Origin: Felis catus
Lineage: Eukaryota
DNA length: 64,000 nucleotides
Reading direction: 5' to 3'
Assembly (NCBI RefSeq): GCF_018350175.1
Contig: NC_058370.1
Coordinates: 13,888,001-13,952,000, forward strand
How positions within the stretch are numbered: the stretch's first letter is position 1; each line of letters opens with the position of its first letter. Both the position numbers and the translations under genes were made by a program. Below the pieces are notes generated by a model, which saw only the letters and a list, made by a program, of their open reading frames with translations, was not told where the DNA came from and ran no database searches. Positions 26,758 to 39,060 of this stretch are shown here, one piece after another.

Positions 26758-27637
26758 TATAAGACTGAGGTGTTCTAGAAGTGAGTTCATGAGCCCGTCT
26801 GTTTTCTTGTTAATCAGCCTGTGGAAGAAGCAGGGAAATAACATTTGCTCACACAGCCTGCAGTTATCCTGAAAGAACATAGGTTGCAACCTTGCTAGCA
26901 GGCTGGTAACACACCTGATACATAGGGGGAGAAAATCATAACTCCTTTCACCTGGAATGGTTCGCTTTTCCTTTTTTAAATGTTCCATATTTGTTATCAG
27001 CCTGTTTGTATGGAGCAGGAAACAGCAGATGAGGCAGGTATCTGATTGAGATCAGCGGCCAGCCCGTTCTCAGCAATACAGCTGCTGCTTGTGGAACGAA
27101 GGAATAGCCTGCAGAGCGTTTGGAGCAGCCTGGCACCCCGCCCCGCCCCGAGATTCCCCCCCAGGAACACCCATTCCCAGCCAGTTGTGGGGTGGGGGTG
27201 AGGACTTGGGGTGGGGGGAAAGCTCCGCTTCACAAGTGGCCATCCCGGGCTTCTACTAGACAGGAAGGACCTGGGCTGCCAGTTAGGGAGATTAGCTGGC
27301 CTTTCGATCCTTCCAGTTTTGTGTAGATTGACTCTTCCTGTCCTATTATTAACTTGCTGAAAGGAAGTCGGGCGCTGAGCTATGGCTTACTGCTATGTGG
27401 CAAAAGCCACAAAGGCGTTCTGAAAGACCTCGGGTTGGAAATAGTTCTGCTTGCTTGATATGTGAGGCTTATCTTTCAGTACGAGGATCTTCTCCCCCTC
27501 TTCCCACTCCCCACCTACCTCTTCTTTCTTGTCATCCTGCTTCTCCTCCCCTTCCCCCGTCCCCCACCCCCCTTCACCCCTGTCTTCCTGCCCCAAATGC
27601 ACACAACCATTTCCTAGGCAGATAGCGAACGTTGTAC

Positions 27638-27810
27638 ATTGTGGTTCTCAACCAAGGGCCATTTTACCCCCGTGGGACGTTTGGCAATATCTGGAGACCT
27701 TTTTGATCCTCACAGTTGTGTGGACGGGGTCCTGGCATCCAGCCACGGATGCTCCCACACATCCTACGGTGCACAGGACAGCTCCATCCCACAAAGAATT
27801 TTCTGGCCCG
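27638..27810. mobile_element. MER20 MITE fragment
   Basis: gtggttctcaaccaagggccattttacccccgtgggacgtttggcaatatctggagac. Confidence 0.75.
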
Positions 27811-28649
27811 AACGACAGCAGTGAGGGTGCGAGCCCCCGCTGTAGGTGGTGTTCTGCTTGTATGTCCCCTTCTGTGGAGTTCCTGGCTGTTTTCCGATCC
27901 GATCCCCCCCCCCCCCCCCACCTCCAGCTCTTTGCATGAAACAGAAGGTATTTTTGAACTACAGAGAATGTTCTGTGAGGGGGTCACTTGGGCATTAGAG
28001 TCTCTCCTCACCCGGCATCGTCTTATACAGGGAATCAGGGCGAGAGAGGGAGCTGTGAGACCCCTGATCTGGGCCTGGGGGCCAGAGGAGTTGTTTCAAC
28101 CTAGTTTTTTCAGCTCTTCGGTAAGAGTAGCTGTGTGTGTCCTGCGTCCCTCTCTGGGTGGTCGTGAGGACAAAATGAATATAGCGTGTATGATAGTATG
28201 TTGAGTATGCGGTCTGGAGAGAATATTGTAACGGTGTTATCCTCTGGAAACCCAAGTATAGAGCAGTGCACCAGACCTGGAACCAGGGAAAGAACGGGGC
28301 TCAAATATTATGCAATCATCCTTAAAAATCTTAGTTGTTTTCTTAGTAGAAATGAGAGTGGGGAGGCTTAGAAGGATGGATTAAAAAAGATCTGCTAAGG
28401 AAGCATCTGGGAGGCTCTTTATCAAGGAGTATAGAAATAGCAGGCATTTTGAGAACGTTAAAACCTCATAATAAAAACCAGGAACAAGACACAACTGCTT
28501 GTAATCTTGACAGTTCTGGGAATTATCCTGGGAGGGGGGGAGGGTCTCGGGATAAAATAAGGGCCTCATATAAATTAGGAAAAAAAGAAAAGTAGTATAA
28601 AAATATTAGAGATGAATAGACAAAACAGATGTTGCTTAGAGAAGATATT

Positions 28650-28877
28650 TAAAAAAAAATTTTTTTTAATGTTTATTTACTTTTCAGAGAGAGATGGAGA
28701 CAGAGTATGAGCAAGGGAGGGTCATAGAGAGAGGGAGACACAGAATCCGAAGCAGGCTCTAGGCTCTGAGCTGTCCGCACAGAGCCCAGCCCGATGCAGG
28801 GCTCGAACCCACAAACTGCAAGATCATGACCTGAGCTGAAGTCAGAGGCTCAACCGACTGAGCCACCCAGGCGCCCC
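28650..28877 (-). mobile_element. Antisense carnivore SINE within an old L1 fragment
   Basis: SINEC consensus; gagaagata repeated on both sides; A-rich L1-like flanks. Confidence 0.9.
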
Positions 28878-30063
28878 GAGAAGATACTATTTTTAATCAA
28901 TAAACTAAGAACCATTTATTTGCGAGGTCAGGATTGGAAAAATCCAACATCATTTCTATGTACCAACAATAACTACTTAGACAAGAGAGTAGAAAAAATC
29001 CCATTCATAGTATCAACAGAAATTAGGCAGCTTTAACCAGCATATGAGATCTTTGTGGAGGAAAACGGTAATGTTTTGCTGACAAGGAGGGAAAGAAGCT
29101 CACTGTCAGAGATAGGTGCTGTGGTTGTGGAGATTAGCTATTATCCATAGAAATCGAGGCTCCAAGTGGGTTGAGGATCTTTAAGAAGATCACGTAGGCA
29201 GTCACTGGGTCACTTTGATGCTTACCACCAGACTCTCTCGTAGTACTTCTGAAGTACTGTATTTGTTACTAATTTCCAATAGACGTTTTCCCGATAAGTT
29301 TCTTCTGAGTGATCTTACATGTTTGGAGTATGTCTTTGCTGGATTCTATAATTTATTATTAGGGAGACATTTCTCGTGTGTTGAGGACATTACCATGTTC
29401 AAGAATCATAGCTTCAGGAAGCCTCTGATTGGCTCTGATACTTTATGCATTGTGGGGGGTAGACATAAAAAATGAATGCCCCCCCCCCCTTTTTTTCCTG
29501 TGACTTAAATTCAGTTGATCTGTTCTCCAAAAGCCCGTGGAAAGAATCGTAGGGTGAATTGCCACACATTTGTTGGCTTTGTTTAGACTTCCATACCTGT
29601 GTTAATAACATTAGTAATGGCAGCAGTGTGTTAAATGCATATGTTGTTATATCGTCTCGTTTAATCCCAACCAGAATTCCGTGAAATTGGGTATTATCAT
29701 CCCCATTTTACAGATGAGAAAATTGAAGCTGAGAGATGAAGAGATTTGCCCAGGGTCATGCAGCTGGTAGAGCTCAGATTTCCACCTGGGCGTGCCTAGG
29801 TCGTAGCCATTGTAACTCTTCTGTTAGGGTAGGCTATTAACTCTGGTCAGACACCAGCTTTTCAATCTATGGCTTCTGCCAATAGAGGAGAGAGGGAGAA
29901 AAGGAAAGTATCTTTAGTATCTAACGAGCTGCAAACTGTGTATTGAGTAGAGTAACCCAAGATAGCTTTGTAATGAATGTGTGAAATGCTATGATTTTCT
30001 TTTGTTGTTGTTGACGTATTTGTTCAAATTCCTTTTGCGAATGCGCATGTGTTTTGAAACTGA

Positions 30064-30330
30064 NNNNNNNNNNNNNNNNNNNNNNNNNNNNNNNNNNNNN
30101 NNNNNNNNNNNNNNNNNNNNNNNNNNNNNNNNNNNNNNNNNNNNNNNNNNNNNNNNNNNNNNNNNNNNNNNNNNNNNNNNNNNNNNNNNNNNNNNNNNNN
30201 NNNNNNNNNNNNNNNNNNNNNNNNNNNNNNNNNNNNNNNNNNNNNNNNNNNNNNNNNNNNNNNNNNNNNNNNNNNNNNNNNNNNNNNNNNNNNNNNNNNN
30301 NNNNNNNNNNNNNNNNNNNNNNNNNNNNNN
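30064..30330. other. Run of 267 N (assembly gap or mask); probable location of the ZMYND8 PHD-finger exon (~exon 4)
   Basis: N-run seen directly. The PHD peptide (about 73 aa/219 nt in human) is absent from readable sequence between the flanking exons. The left flank is T-rich like an acceptor region. Confidence 0.8.
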
Positions 30331-31689
30331 ATTCTCTGCCTCATTTCCTCTCCTTTTTCTTTCTTCCTTTGATTTTAAAAGTTTCAAATCATCCAGATAT
30401 GGAAAAAAAAAAAAAAAAAGAAATTTCTTGCATTCCCCTTGTTCTATCCTGGTCACCCCCCTTTGGGGACCAGCTTTGGCAGGGGCCTCAGCACTGCGGC
30501 TTTTTGGAAAAACAATTGCACTGAGTATTGGTTTTGATTCTTCCTGGGTCTTTGGATCACTCTGGGATCTGGAACCTTCTCCGAATTCTTCCGTAATGAA
30601 CATTTCAGAAGTTAAGTCCTAAACCGTTAACCGTTCACATGTCTTGAAAAGATCGCATGCGGGGGTCTCCTCATCTTGGACGGCGTCTCCTGCTGCCTCA
30701 TTGAATCATCGGTGGTAGCCGAGCCCAGAAGACCACTTTTGGTTGCATGCTGCTTATGGCCGTCATCTGATGCTCTCAGGCACGCCACAGCTGTTTCTGC
30801 AGTGCCCATTGGGTGCTAGGGATTCGGCAGGGAGCAAAAAGGGGCACGCATTACAAGCTTTTCAGGAGAAGAGGACGAAAACCCAACGAAAGGAATCAAA
30901 GAGGAGGAATGGGGAGGAGGGAGGGTGGAGGGCGTTTTCCGTTTCAAGTGAAGAGGCCCGGGAAGGTCTCCCTAAGATTTGAGAATGGCGCGCAGGGAGG
31001 GACGAGTGAGCTGCCTTCAGGCAGAGGGTGCTGTGGGCACAGAACCAGAGTAGAAGCCTCGTGAGGAACATGCATCCGGGTCGGAAAGCCGAAATGCTTT
31101 TCGTTAACACCATTATTACTGTTCTCCTCAAATCTGAGGTGGCTTCTTTTCTTGGCGACTTGCAGTTACGACGCTTTTTCAAAATGCTGCAAACGATGTC
31201 ATCTGCAGACTCATTTCATGCAGAGTGTCACTTCGGTTCGAAGGTATATTAGAGCTTGGTCTCAAACAACGAGATCTTTAGGGAGGAGAAAAGGCAAGCT
31301 TTATCAATAGTGGTGATACTGCTTTTGTGTTGGGAAAAGAGAAAAATAAATACTTGAAAAGAAATTCGACATCAGATCGATATGATGATGACGTTCTAAT
31401 GGTGTTCTGTGCCTAAGATTGTGAAAGATGGCGGCAGGCTCCCGTTGGGTCCCTCAAGACGGGGCGACGTGTCGGACGTGCTTTGCTCAGCGATGCCCTC
31501 TTGTTGTGGGGCTCCACCTGGTTCTGTTACATTCAGGGTGGGCAGCGGAGCCTTCATCCGTGTCCTTGTGTCTTGACCCACCCTTCCCGATGGCTTAATA
31601 ATTTTCCAGAAATGAGAGCGGCTTTTGCTGCAGATAGATCTTGATGAATGTGGACTGGAACATGTGGGATTTATTTTGCTGCGTAGAAA

Positions 31690-31790
31690 GAGCCCAGAGG
31701 CAGGGCCAGGCCAGGGTTTGTTCATAGCCAGACTCTTTCTGTTTTCATTGTTGAGGTGATATGTCCCCCATGGCCATAGGATGGCTGCTG

Positions 31791-31835
<45 letters not shown>

Positions 31836-32070
31836 CACTTGTGTCTAGACAAAAATCCCTCTAAGGGGAGGAGTGTTTTCTCTTTTTAAAGATCAAGCAG
31901 AAGGACTTTGCCCTTCAGCCTCCAGCTGACTTGCCCTTGGCCTCGCTCATTGGTCAGGATCAGATCGGTCCTCATGCAGAAAAATCTTGGAAATGCCTCC
32001 CTGGCACTTGGAATCTATATTGTGGGAACCAGGCACTGCCGGCCGGGAGAGAGGGATTGGGGATGGAGGA
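31690..32070. mobile_element. Degenerate MaLR (MLT1-like) LTR containing a T40 run (31793-31832)
   Basis: Phrases catggccataggatggctgc and ctcattggtcaggat resemble MLT1J/K. Confidence 0.45.
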
Positions 32071-33178
32071 CAAGTGAATTTGTTCGCCGTGGATGGTTAC
32101 CTGGAGACACACAGCAATTCAAACAAACAGGTGTTCTGTGTCTAAGATTTCGGGCCACACGTTTCTTCCAGGGGTGCATTCAGGCTCTGGGAGCTAAGCA
32201 GTTAGATGCGTGCGTCACATACCGTTTTCAGCTTCTGAGCAACTCTTCTGTTGCCCTTTTCCTCGACAACCAACCAGACACATCTGAAAGTTCCTTTTGG
32301 AGGATCCAGAGATATAAAGGATGAAAACGAAATCAAGATTAATTGGAGAAAACTTTTCTCAGCTCTCCCTACACAGATGGTTAAAGAGTGTTTCCTGACA
32401 TCATCAGAATTTGCTATTTTCGTTGTTGTTGCTACATAAGGAGTCTGACTCCGGGATATGGTACCAGATTTACATAGCAGAGTCTGGTTTCAGACATTTC
32501 TCTGGGCCTCTTCTTTGATGGGAATTTCCCTTTCAAGATGACATTTATTTCCCATGGAGACAGACAACGAGACTGTGCGCCTTGCGTAGTTTGCCTAGAA
32601 TGTCCTGAGCGGGTTCACATCCGTGGTGACAGAGAATGAAGCCATATTTATATTTAGTTCACTGCCACCCCTTGGATTGTTTCTACGGAGAAGACTGTCC
32701 TTTTCCATCAGTGATGTCATTGAGTGTAATGCCTCATCAGTTTCCTGAAAGGTAGCCCAGCACCCTAAGGGGATCAAATTAAGTGACTGATTTCATTGTG
32801 TACAGAGATACCCTGGAACGGTCAGTGGTCTTTCCTTTTCACATCCCCTTCTTGAGAACCCACAACCGTAATCGTGAGTTTTCAGGTCCCTGCCTACCTG
32901 CATCTTTCTCTGATTAGGTCATCTTCATGCGTGCAAAACCCTTCCCAGATAAGGTCATCAGTGGATTGATGTGCCTCTTAATTTTTATCTACCGATTCAG
33001 TGTATGATCGAGTAGATTGGGGTCCTTCTCCAGTGAAACAACCAGTCTTGTTTGGATGGAAAGGATTTTTTTTCTTTTTATATGTGCCGATCGGAACACA
33101 TAAAAGGGAGGAAAGGGAACTATGTATGGGGATAGTAACTTTTTTCTAACCGGACGTTTGTGTGATTTTGACTTGTAG

Positions 33179-33322
<144 letters not shown>

Positions 33323-33909
33323 TAAGCGGGAAATAGTGACTTTTGTTATTTTCTGTTAACATTCTGAGTGGTCTCTGCTTTCCAGACACCTGTGCGAACC
33401 CTGGGCCTTCTTAGGTGCCCGGTTCAAATGCCTGTTAAATTAAATACGAGGTATGACGACGTTCGGTTAATTCTCTCTGGCGAGCACTCTGTGTCCCCAG
33501 GGAGTGTAATCGGGAGATGGCGTACGGTAGAAAGTTGGTGGGGAATTTAAAATTCTGATTGGTTGTGAAGTGAAGCCTCATAGCCATACCCCATCAGGTA
33601 AGGAGCTTTTGTGTTTCTTCCCTTGGGAATTAGTAAGATTCCATTTCAACGACAGCGTGCAGTACAGCCGGTTCATTTAGAGTCAAGGTCTGATGATGGA
33701 ACCTCCAAGTAAAATGCAGCCTGTCAAGAGGTGGAGAATTTGGTTAACTTCTTTCAGTTTTGAAACGGGATTTGAGGTACAGCCCGTGCCCCTTAAAGAA
33801 AATCCAGATGGGAAAGCAGGGGTGCCACATTTAGCCGGCACGCCCTGTTTACCAATGCTTCCCTTCCCCAGAGGCCTGGTCACATCATACACACCCACGG
33901 TGGTGGTAC

Positions 33910-34123
33910 CTTTTTTTTTTTAATTGTTTTTAATGTTTATTTTTGAGACAGTGTGAGAGGCAAGCAGTGGAAGGGCAGACAGAGGGAGACACAGAATCCG
34001 AGGCGGGCTCCAGGCTCCGAGCTGTCAGCCCCGAGCCCGACACGGGGCCTCAACTCACGAACCCTGAGATCATGACCTGAGCTGAAGCTGGACGCTTAAC
34101 TGACTGAGCCACTCAGGCGCCCC
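33910..34123 (-). mobile_element. Antisense carnivore SINE
   Basis: SINEC consensus. Confidence 0.9.
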
Positions 34124-34999
34124 TGGTGTTACTTTTCATGTGACCCTTTTCAGGAGGATGGTGGTAAAATGCCTCGTTCTTAAAAATACGTTGTGCCCAT
34201 ATCATCACCATGTTAGGACATTCTGCGTACAGACGAATCTAGAGAAACTTGAGGGTAGGGTTTTCCTTTTCTGGTTTGCACAAAGGCACCATACGGGCTA
34301 GTCGTGACCCTTTGTTAAACTCTCCAGAGTCTGCTTTCTAAGTCAAGTGAATATACAGCCAGGTTGAAACTCAGGGTATTGAGTGTAGCCCCCGTGGCCT
34401 CATTTCTTAAAAACAACAACAAACCTCCAAGCTTTTGTTTGGAGATTAGATTCTGAAATTCGATACCATGACAGGAATTCAGAGCGTGCCAATTGGGTGT
34501 TGCTAAATTGGGTATCTGTTTGTCTCTTTAACAAAAATCTCTGTCAATGGAAGCAAAAGCCTGGATGGCCTCAGTTTGGAAAGAAAAACAGGTCTTTTTT
34601 TTTTTTTTTTAAACTGTACAGTCGTTTTTATGTTGAGTGACAAGGAATTACTTCCTGCTTTTTCGTAGGCTGAATGATATCTGCTGAGGACGGTTTACAA
34701 AAAGAATAGATTCATGTGGAGTTCTCAACACTGTAGAATTATAAACCAAAAAGAAAAATCGAAGAAGGCGTTAATTTCTCACATAAATTGTTTGATGTAA
34801 AATCAATCAGGGCAGAAAGTTGCTGATGATATTGAAGCGTCTTTTTAACTTGGAATGGCCAGACACTTTCCTTCTGGGCAAAAGAGGGCTCCCATGACAA
34901 CAAATGGTAGCCCTTCCAGATGCCTTGCTTGAGTGTCATTTTGTGTTTCATTAAATCTTTTAGATATTGACAGATTGATTTTTAAGAGCTTAAGATTTT

Positions 35000-36078
35000 A
35001 TTTTTATTTTTATTTTTTAAAAAATATTTTTATTATTGGGGCGCCTGGGTGGCGCAGTCGGTTAGGCGTCCGACTTCAGCCAGGTCACCATCTCGCGGTC
35101 CGGGAGTTCGAGCCCCGCGTCAGGCTCTGGGCTGATGGCTCGGAGCCTGGAGCCTGTTTCCGATTCTGTGTCTCCCTCTCTCTCTGCCCCTCCCCCGTTC
35201 GTGCTCTGTCTCTCTCTGTCCCAAAAATAAATAAAAACATTGACAAAAAAAATTAAAAAAAAATATTTTTATTATTGAGAGGGAGAGAGACAGAGAGTGA
35301 GCAGGAGAGGGGCATAGAGAGAGGGAAACATAGGATTCAAAGCAGGCTCCAGGCTCTGAGCTGTCACAGAGCCTGACGAGGGGTTGGACCTTGTGAACTG
35401 TGAGATCATGACCTGAGCTGAAGTTGGAAGCTTAACCGACTGAGCCCGCCAGGTGCCCTGGATTTTAATTTTAAATATATATATATTTTACTTAGAGAGA
35501 GAGAGAGAGAGAGAGAGCACGCACATGCATACATGCGTGCATGAGCAGGGGAGAGGCAGAGAATCCCAAGCAGGCTCTGCACTGTCGGCACAGAGCCCGA
35601 TGGAGGGTTTGAATTCATGCACCAGTGAGATCGTGACTTGAGCCAAAATTAAGAATCGATGCTCAACTGACTGAGCCATCCAGACACCCCAAGATTTTAC
35701 TTTTAAGTAATTTCTACACCCAGTGTGGGGCTCGAACTTATAACCCCATAGATCAAGAGTCACATACTCCACTGACCAAGCCAGGCAGGCATTTCAAATC
35801 TTTTGGATTTTTTTTTTATTAAAAAAAAAAAAAATTTTTTTTTTATTAAAAAAAAAAAATTTTTTTTTTTAAAACGTTTATTTGTTTTTGAGAGACGAGA
35901 GAGACAGAGCAGGAGGAGGGTGAGGGGCAGAGAGAGCGGGCGACACAGAATCTGAAACAGGCTCCAGGCTCTGAGCTGTCAGCACAGAGCCCAACACGGG
36001 GCTCGAACTCACAGACGGTGAGATCATGACCTGAGCCGAAGTCAGTTGCATAACCAATGGAGTCACCCAGGCGCCCCT
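35000..36078. mobile_element. Cluster of five SINEs: one sense young SINEC_Fc (35038-35262) and four antisense
   Basis: SINEC consensus; TSD aaaatatttttattattg around the sense copy. Confidence 0.9.
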
Positions 36079-36668
36079 CTTTTAGATTTTTAAATATTGG
36101 TAACACCACCCATCAACAAACCGCGCCTTGCATTTTGAGCTGATTCACGTAGGGCTTAAGAGAACATGGATCAATGTGAAAAATGTTGACATGGTCCCTG
36201 TGTTGTGGGTAATTTGGCTTCTTAACCGGGGAGCAAAATCTCAATGTCTGAATTTTCCCCCCGAGTGTAAAATATCTGTTGGCCCTTTAGGGGGACTTTA
36301 TTTACTGTGTCATCCCTAGGTGTGACTAGATTTCATTGACAGTCCGTTTTGCAGGATTTTTGCAGGACATTATTAAGCCTTATTCACCATTCACGTTCAA
36401 AGTAGCTGATTGTGTGTTCTCTTGTTGATCTTAATAGAAGAGGACAGGACCTGTTAATTTGGGTATATATTGAAAACAAAACAAACAACAAAACCAGAAC
36501 AGCTCCCATGATGATTGATGACCATTCAGAACTAGAACTTGAACCAGCTTGGTACTCCCTAAGGTCATTCCTGTATGGAAACGCTTAGAACTGTATCGTC
36601 TGAAAAGTTGTCTCCATTTGAAAAGTACTTTGTTGCTATTAATACTCTGTCTTCCTCAGTAATGATGG

Positions 36669-36671
<3 letters not shown>

Positions 36672-36713
<42 letters not shown>
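36672..36713. repeat. (TG)21 microsatellite
   Basis: Seen directly; ends 23 nt before the exon at 36737. Confidence 0.95.
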
Positions 36714-36714
<1 letters not shown>

Positions 36715-36736
36715 ACCTCTTTGCTTTCTTTTATAG

Positions 36737-36859
<123 letters not shown>

Positions 36860-37962
36860 TAGCCCCGAATTATCGAGATGCCTAACGACCCTTCCTCACT
36901 TCCTGTGCCCCATCTCAAGTTAGATGGTTTCTCTACCTTTCCCCTGCGCCATTTTTATTTGGATGGAAGAACCATTGATCCCATAACTTCTGTAACATTC
37001 TTCCAAGGATTGCAGTGGAGTGCCGGATTCTACTGATCAGCTCCAAATGTTACTTCTGCTGGTGATTGCAGCTTTATACCTGAAAAAGTCACACTTCTAC
37101 GAATTAGTGATTTGCTTGATTTGAGGCCTGCTTACTCCTCTCTCTCTCAGAGGTGCTAATGAGGGCAGAAGGAAGGAGAAAAGAGAAAATGAAGTGTTTG
37201 GGAAACCTTCAGATTGCTGATAAAGACGTGACTCCCTAGAACTTATTCTACTGTCTTTAATGCCTGAAGATGTTTTTTAAGAGTTCAGGCTAGAGTTCCA
37301 TGCCGAAAATTGTTCTTGGAACACTTTAGATTATGCACATCACTCTGGTGCTGATTTTCAAATTTTTGGCCCCAAAATATGGAGAAAGAAAAGCATGGAT
37401 CCGGAGAAAACATTGTATTGTTTTTATTGCTGACCACTAAATGCTGAGTCAAACCTGTTTTGGAAAGTTGCACACGCCCTTATGGTATTTAGAAAAAGAA
37501 GGCATTAAAAAAAGACAGGGTTGGAATCCTAGCTCCATAAATTAGTAGCTTTGGAGCTTTGAATCAGTTCCTTAATATCACCATACCTTAGTATCCCCGT
37601 ATGTAACATTGGGATGATATCAAATGTGTCATTAAGTTCTCCCATCACAAGGCTCACGTGAGACTATTACAATTAATCATAAACATATAAATATATATAA
37701 AACATCCTGGTTTACTGGAAAGGGGGCTGCTGGATAAATGACAGTTGCTTATATAAGAGGCCAAAATTCAAGTTACTGTGATGAATTCAGTGACTTCCTT
37801 TTTATAGGATTATAGATCTCAAATATGATAGCATCTTGGGAAATGGGTAAAAGCATTCGTTGATTTGGCAAATGACTGCGAAGGAAATAATGCACGGGGG
37901 AGGGGAGAAAGGAAAAAAAATGATGTGGGGACACAGGTGTTAATTGGCTGCAGCTTGGATAG

Positions 37963-38148
<186 letters not shown>

Positions 38149-38289
38149 TGAAAAGTCTTGCTTTTTTTTTCTCGTGTGCCAGGGCCAGTAACTGAGAACA
38201 TTTGTGTACAGATTGCTAATATTTATCAGTAGGGGATGGTGGGGACTCTGCATTTTAAGATAATGACTTGATGATCCACTTCCCCTGTA

Positions 38290-39060
38290 CCAGCAAATCC
38301 ACCCTCCTCCGTGTTTTCTGTCCTCATAGAGTAGTTTTACATAGTCTAGAATTTTATATAAATGGAGTCCTAGTGCATTCTTCTGTGTCTGGATAATTTC
38401 ATGCAGTGTAGCTTTTTTTGGGGGGGCGGGGTGGCTAATGCATGTTTGTCTCCGTGGTTTTGTTCCTTTTTATTGCTGTGAGTGGTTTTTCGTGGTATCC
38501 ACCTACAATTTATTGATCCATTCCCTTTGTCGATACTGAAGGATATTGGAGTTGTTTTCCGCTTTGGGCTGTTAGGAATAAAACCGCCGGGAACATTCTT
38601 GTGCAAGTCTTTGTGTGGATACGCATTTTCGTTTCTCATGGGTAAATATCTAGGTGTGGTAGGGCTGCTCCGTAGGTTTATATTTCAGTTTACGAGGCAT
38701 TTTGGCAAACTTTCTGCAAAGCGGCTGTATCCTTTTACACTCTTTTAGCCACGTGTGGGAGAGTCTTAGTTGTTCCCCATTTCCAGCACTTGGTATTGTC
38801 TGTCTTTTTAAGTTTAACCATTCTTGAAGGTATGAGCGGTTATGGTGGTGGTCATTTGCCTTTCCCTTATGACTAACGGTATCGTGTACCTTTTCATGTG
38901 TTTATTAGTCATCTGTATATCTCTTTTGGTAAAATATGTATTTAGATCTTTGGCCAATTTCAAAAACTGGGTGGTCTGTGTTTTTATTATTGCATTTTAG
39001 GAGGTCTTTGTATTCTGGATAAAGTTGTGTCCGTTGCGTTTTTGTGGATTGAATCTTCTG
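38290..39060 (-). mobile_element. Old L1 3' fragment, antisense
   Basis: agaattttatataaatggagtcc; ccagcacttggtattgtc; cttttcatgtgtttattagtcatctgtatatctc. Confidence 0.75.

Noticed and set aside
29981-30622. ORFs of 106-213 aa spanning the N-run
   Set aside because: Artefacts of translating Ns without stops.
31381-31470. ATGATGA box-C-like motif suggesting an intronic C/D snoRNA
   Set aside because: No CTGA box D at a suitable distance and no terminal stem.
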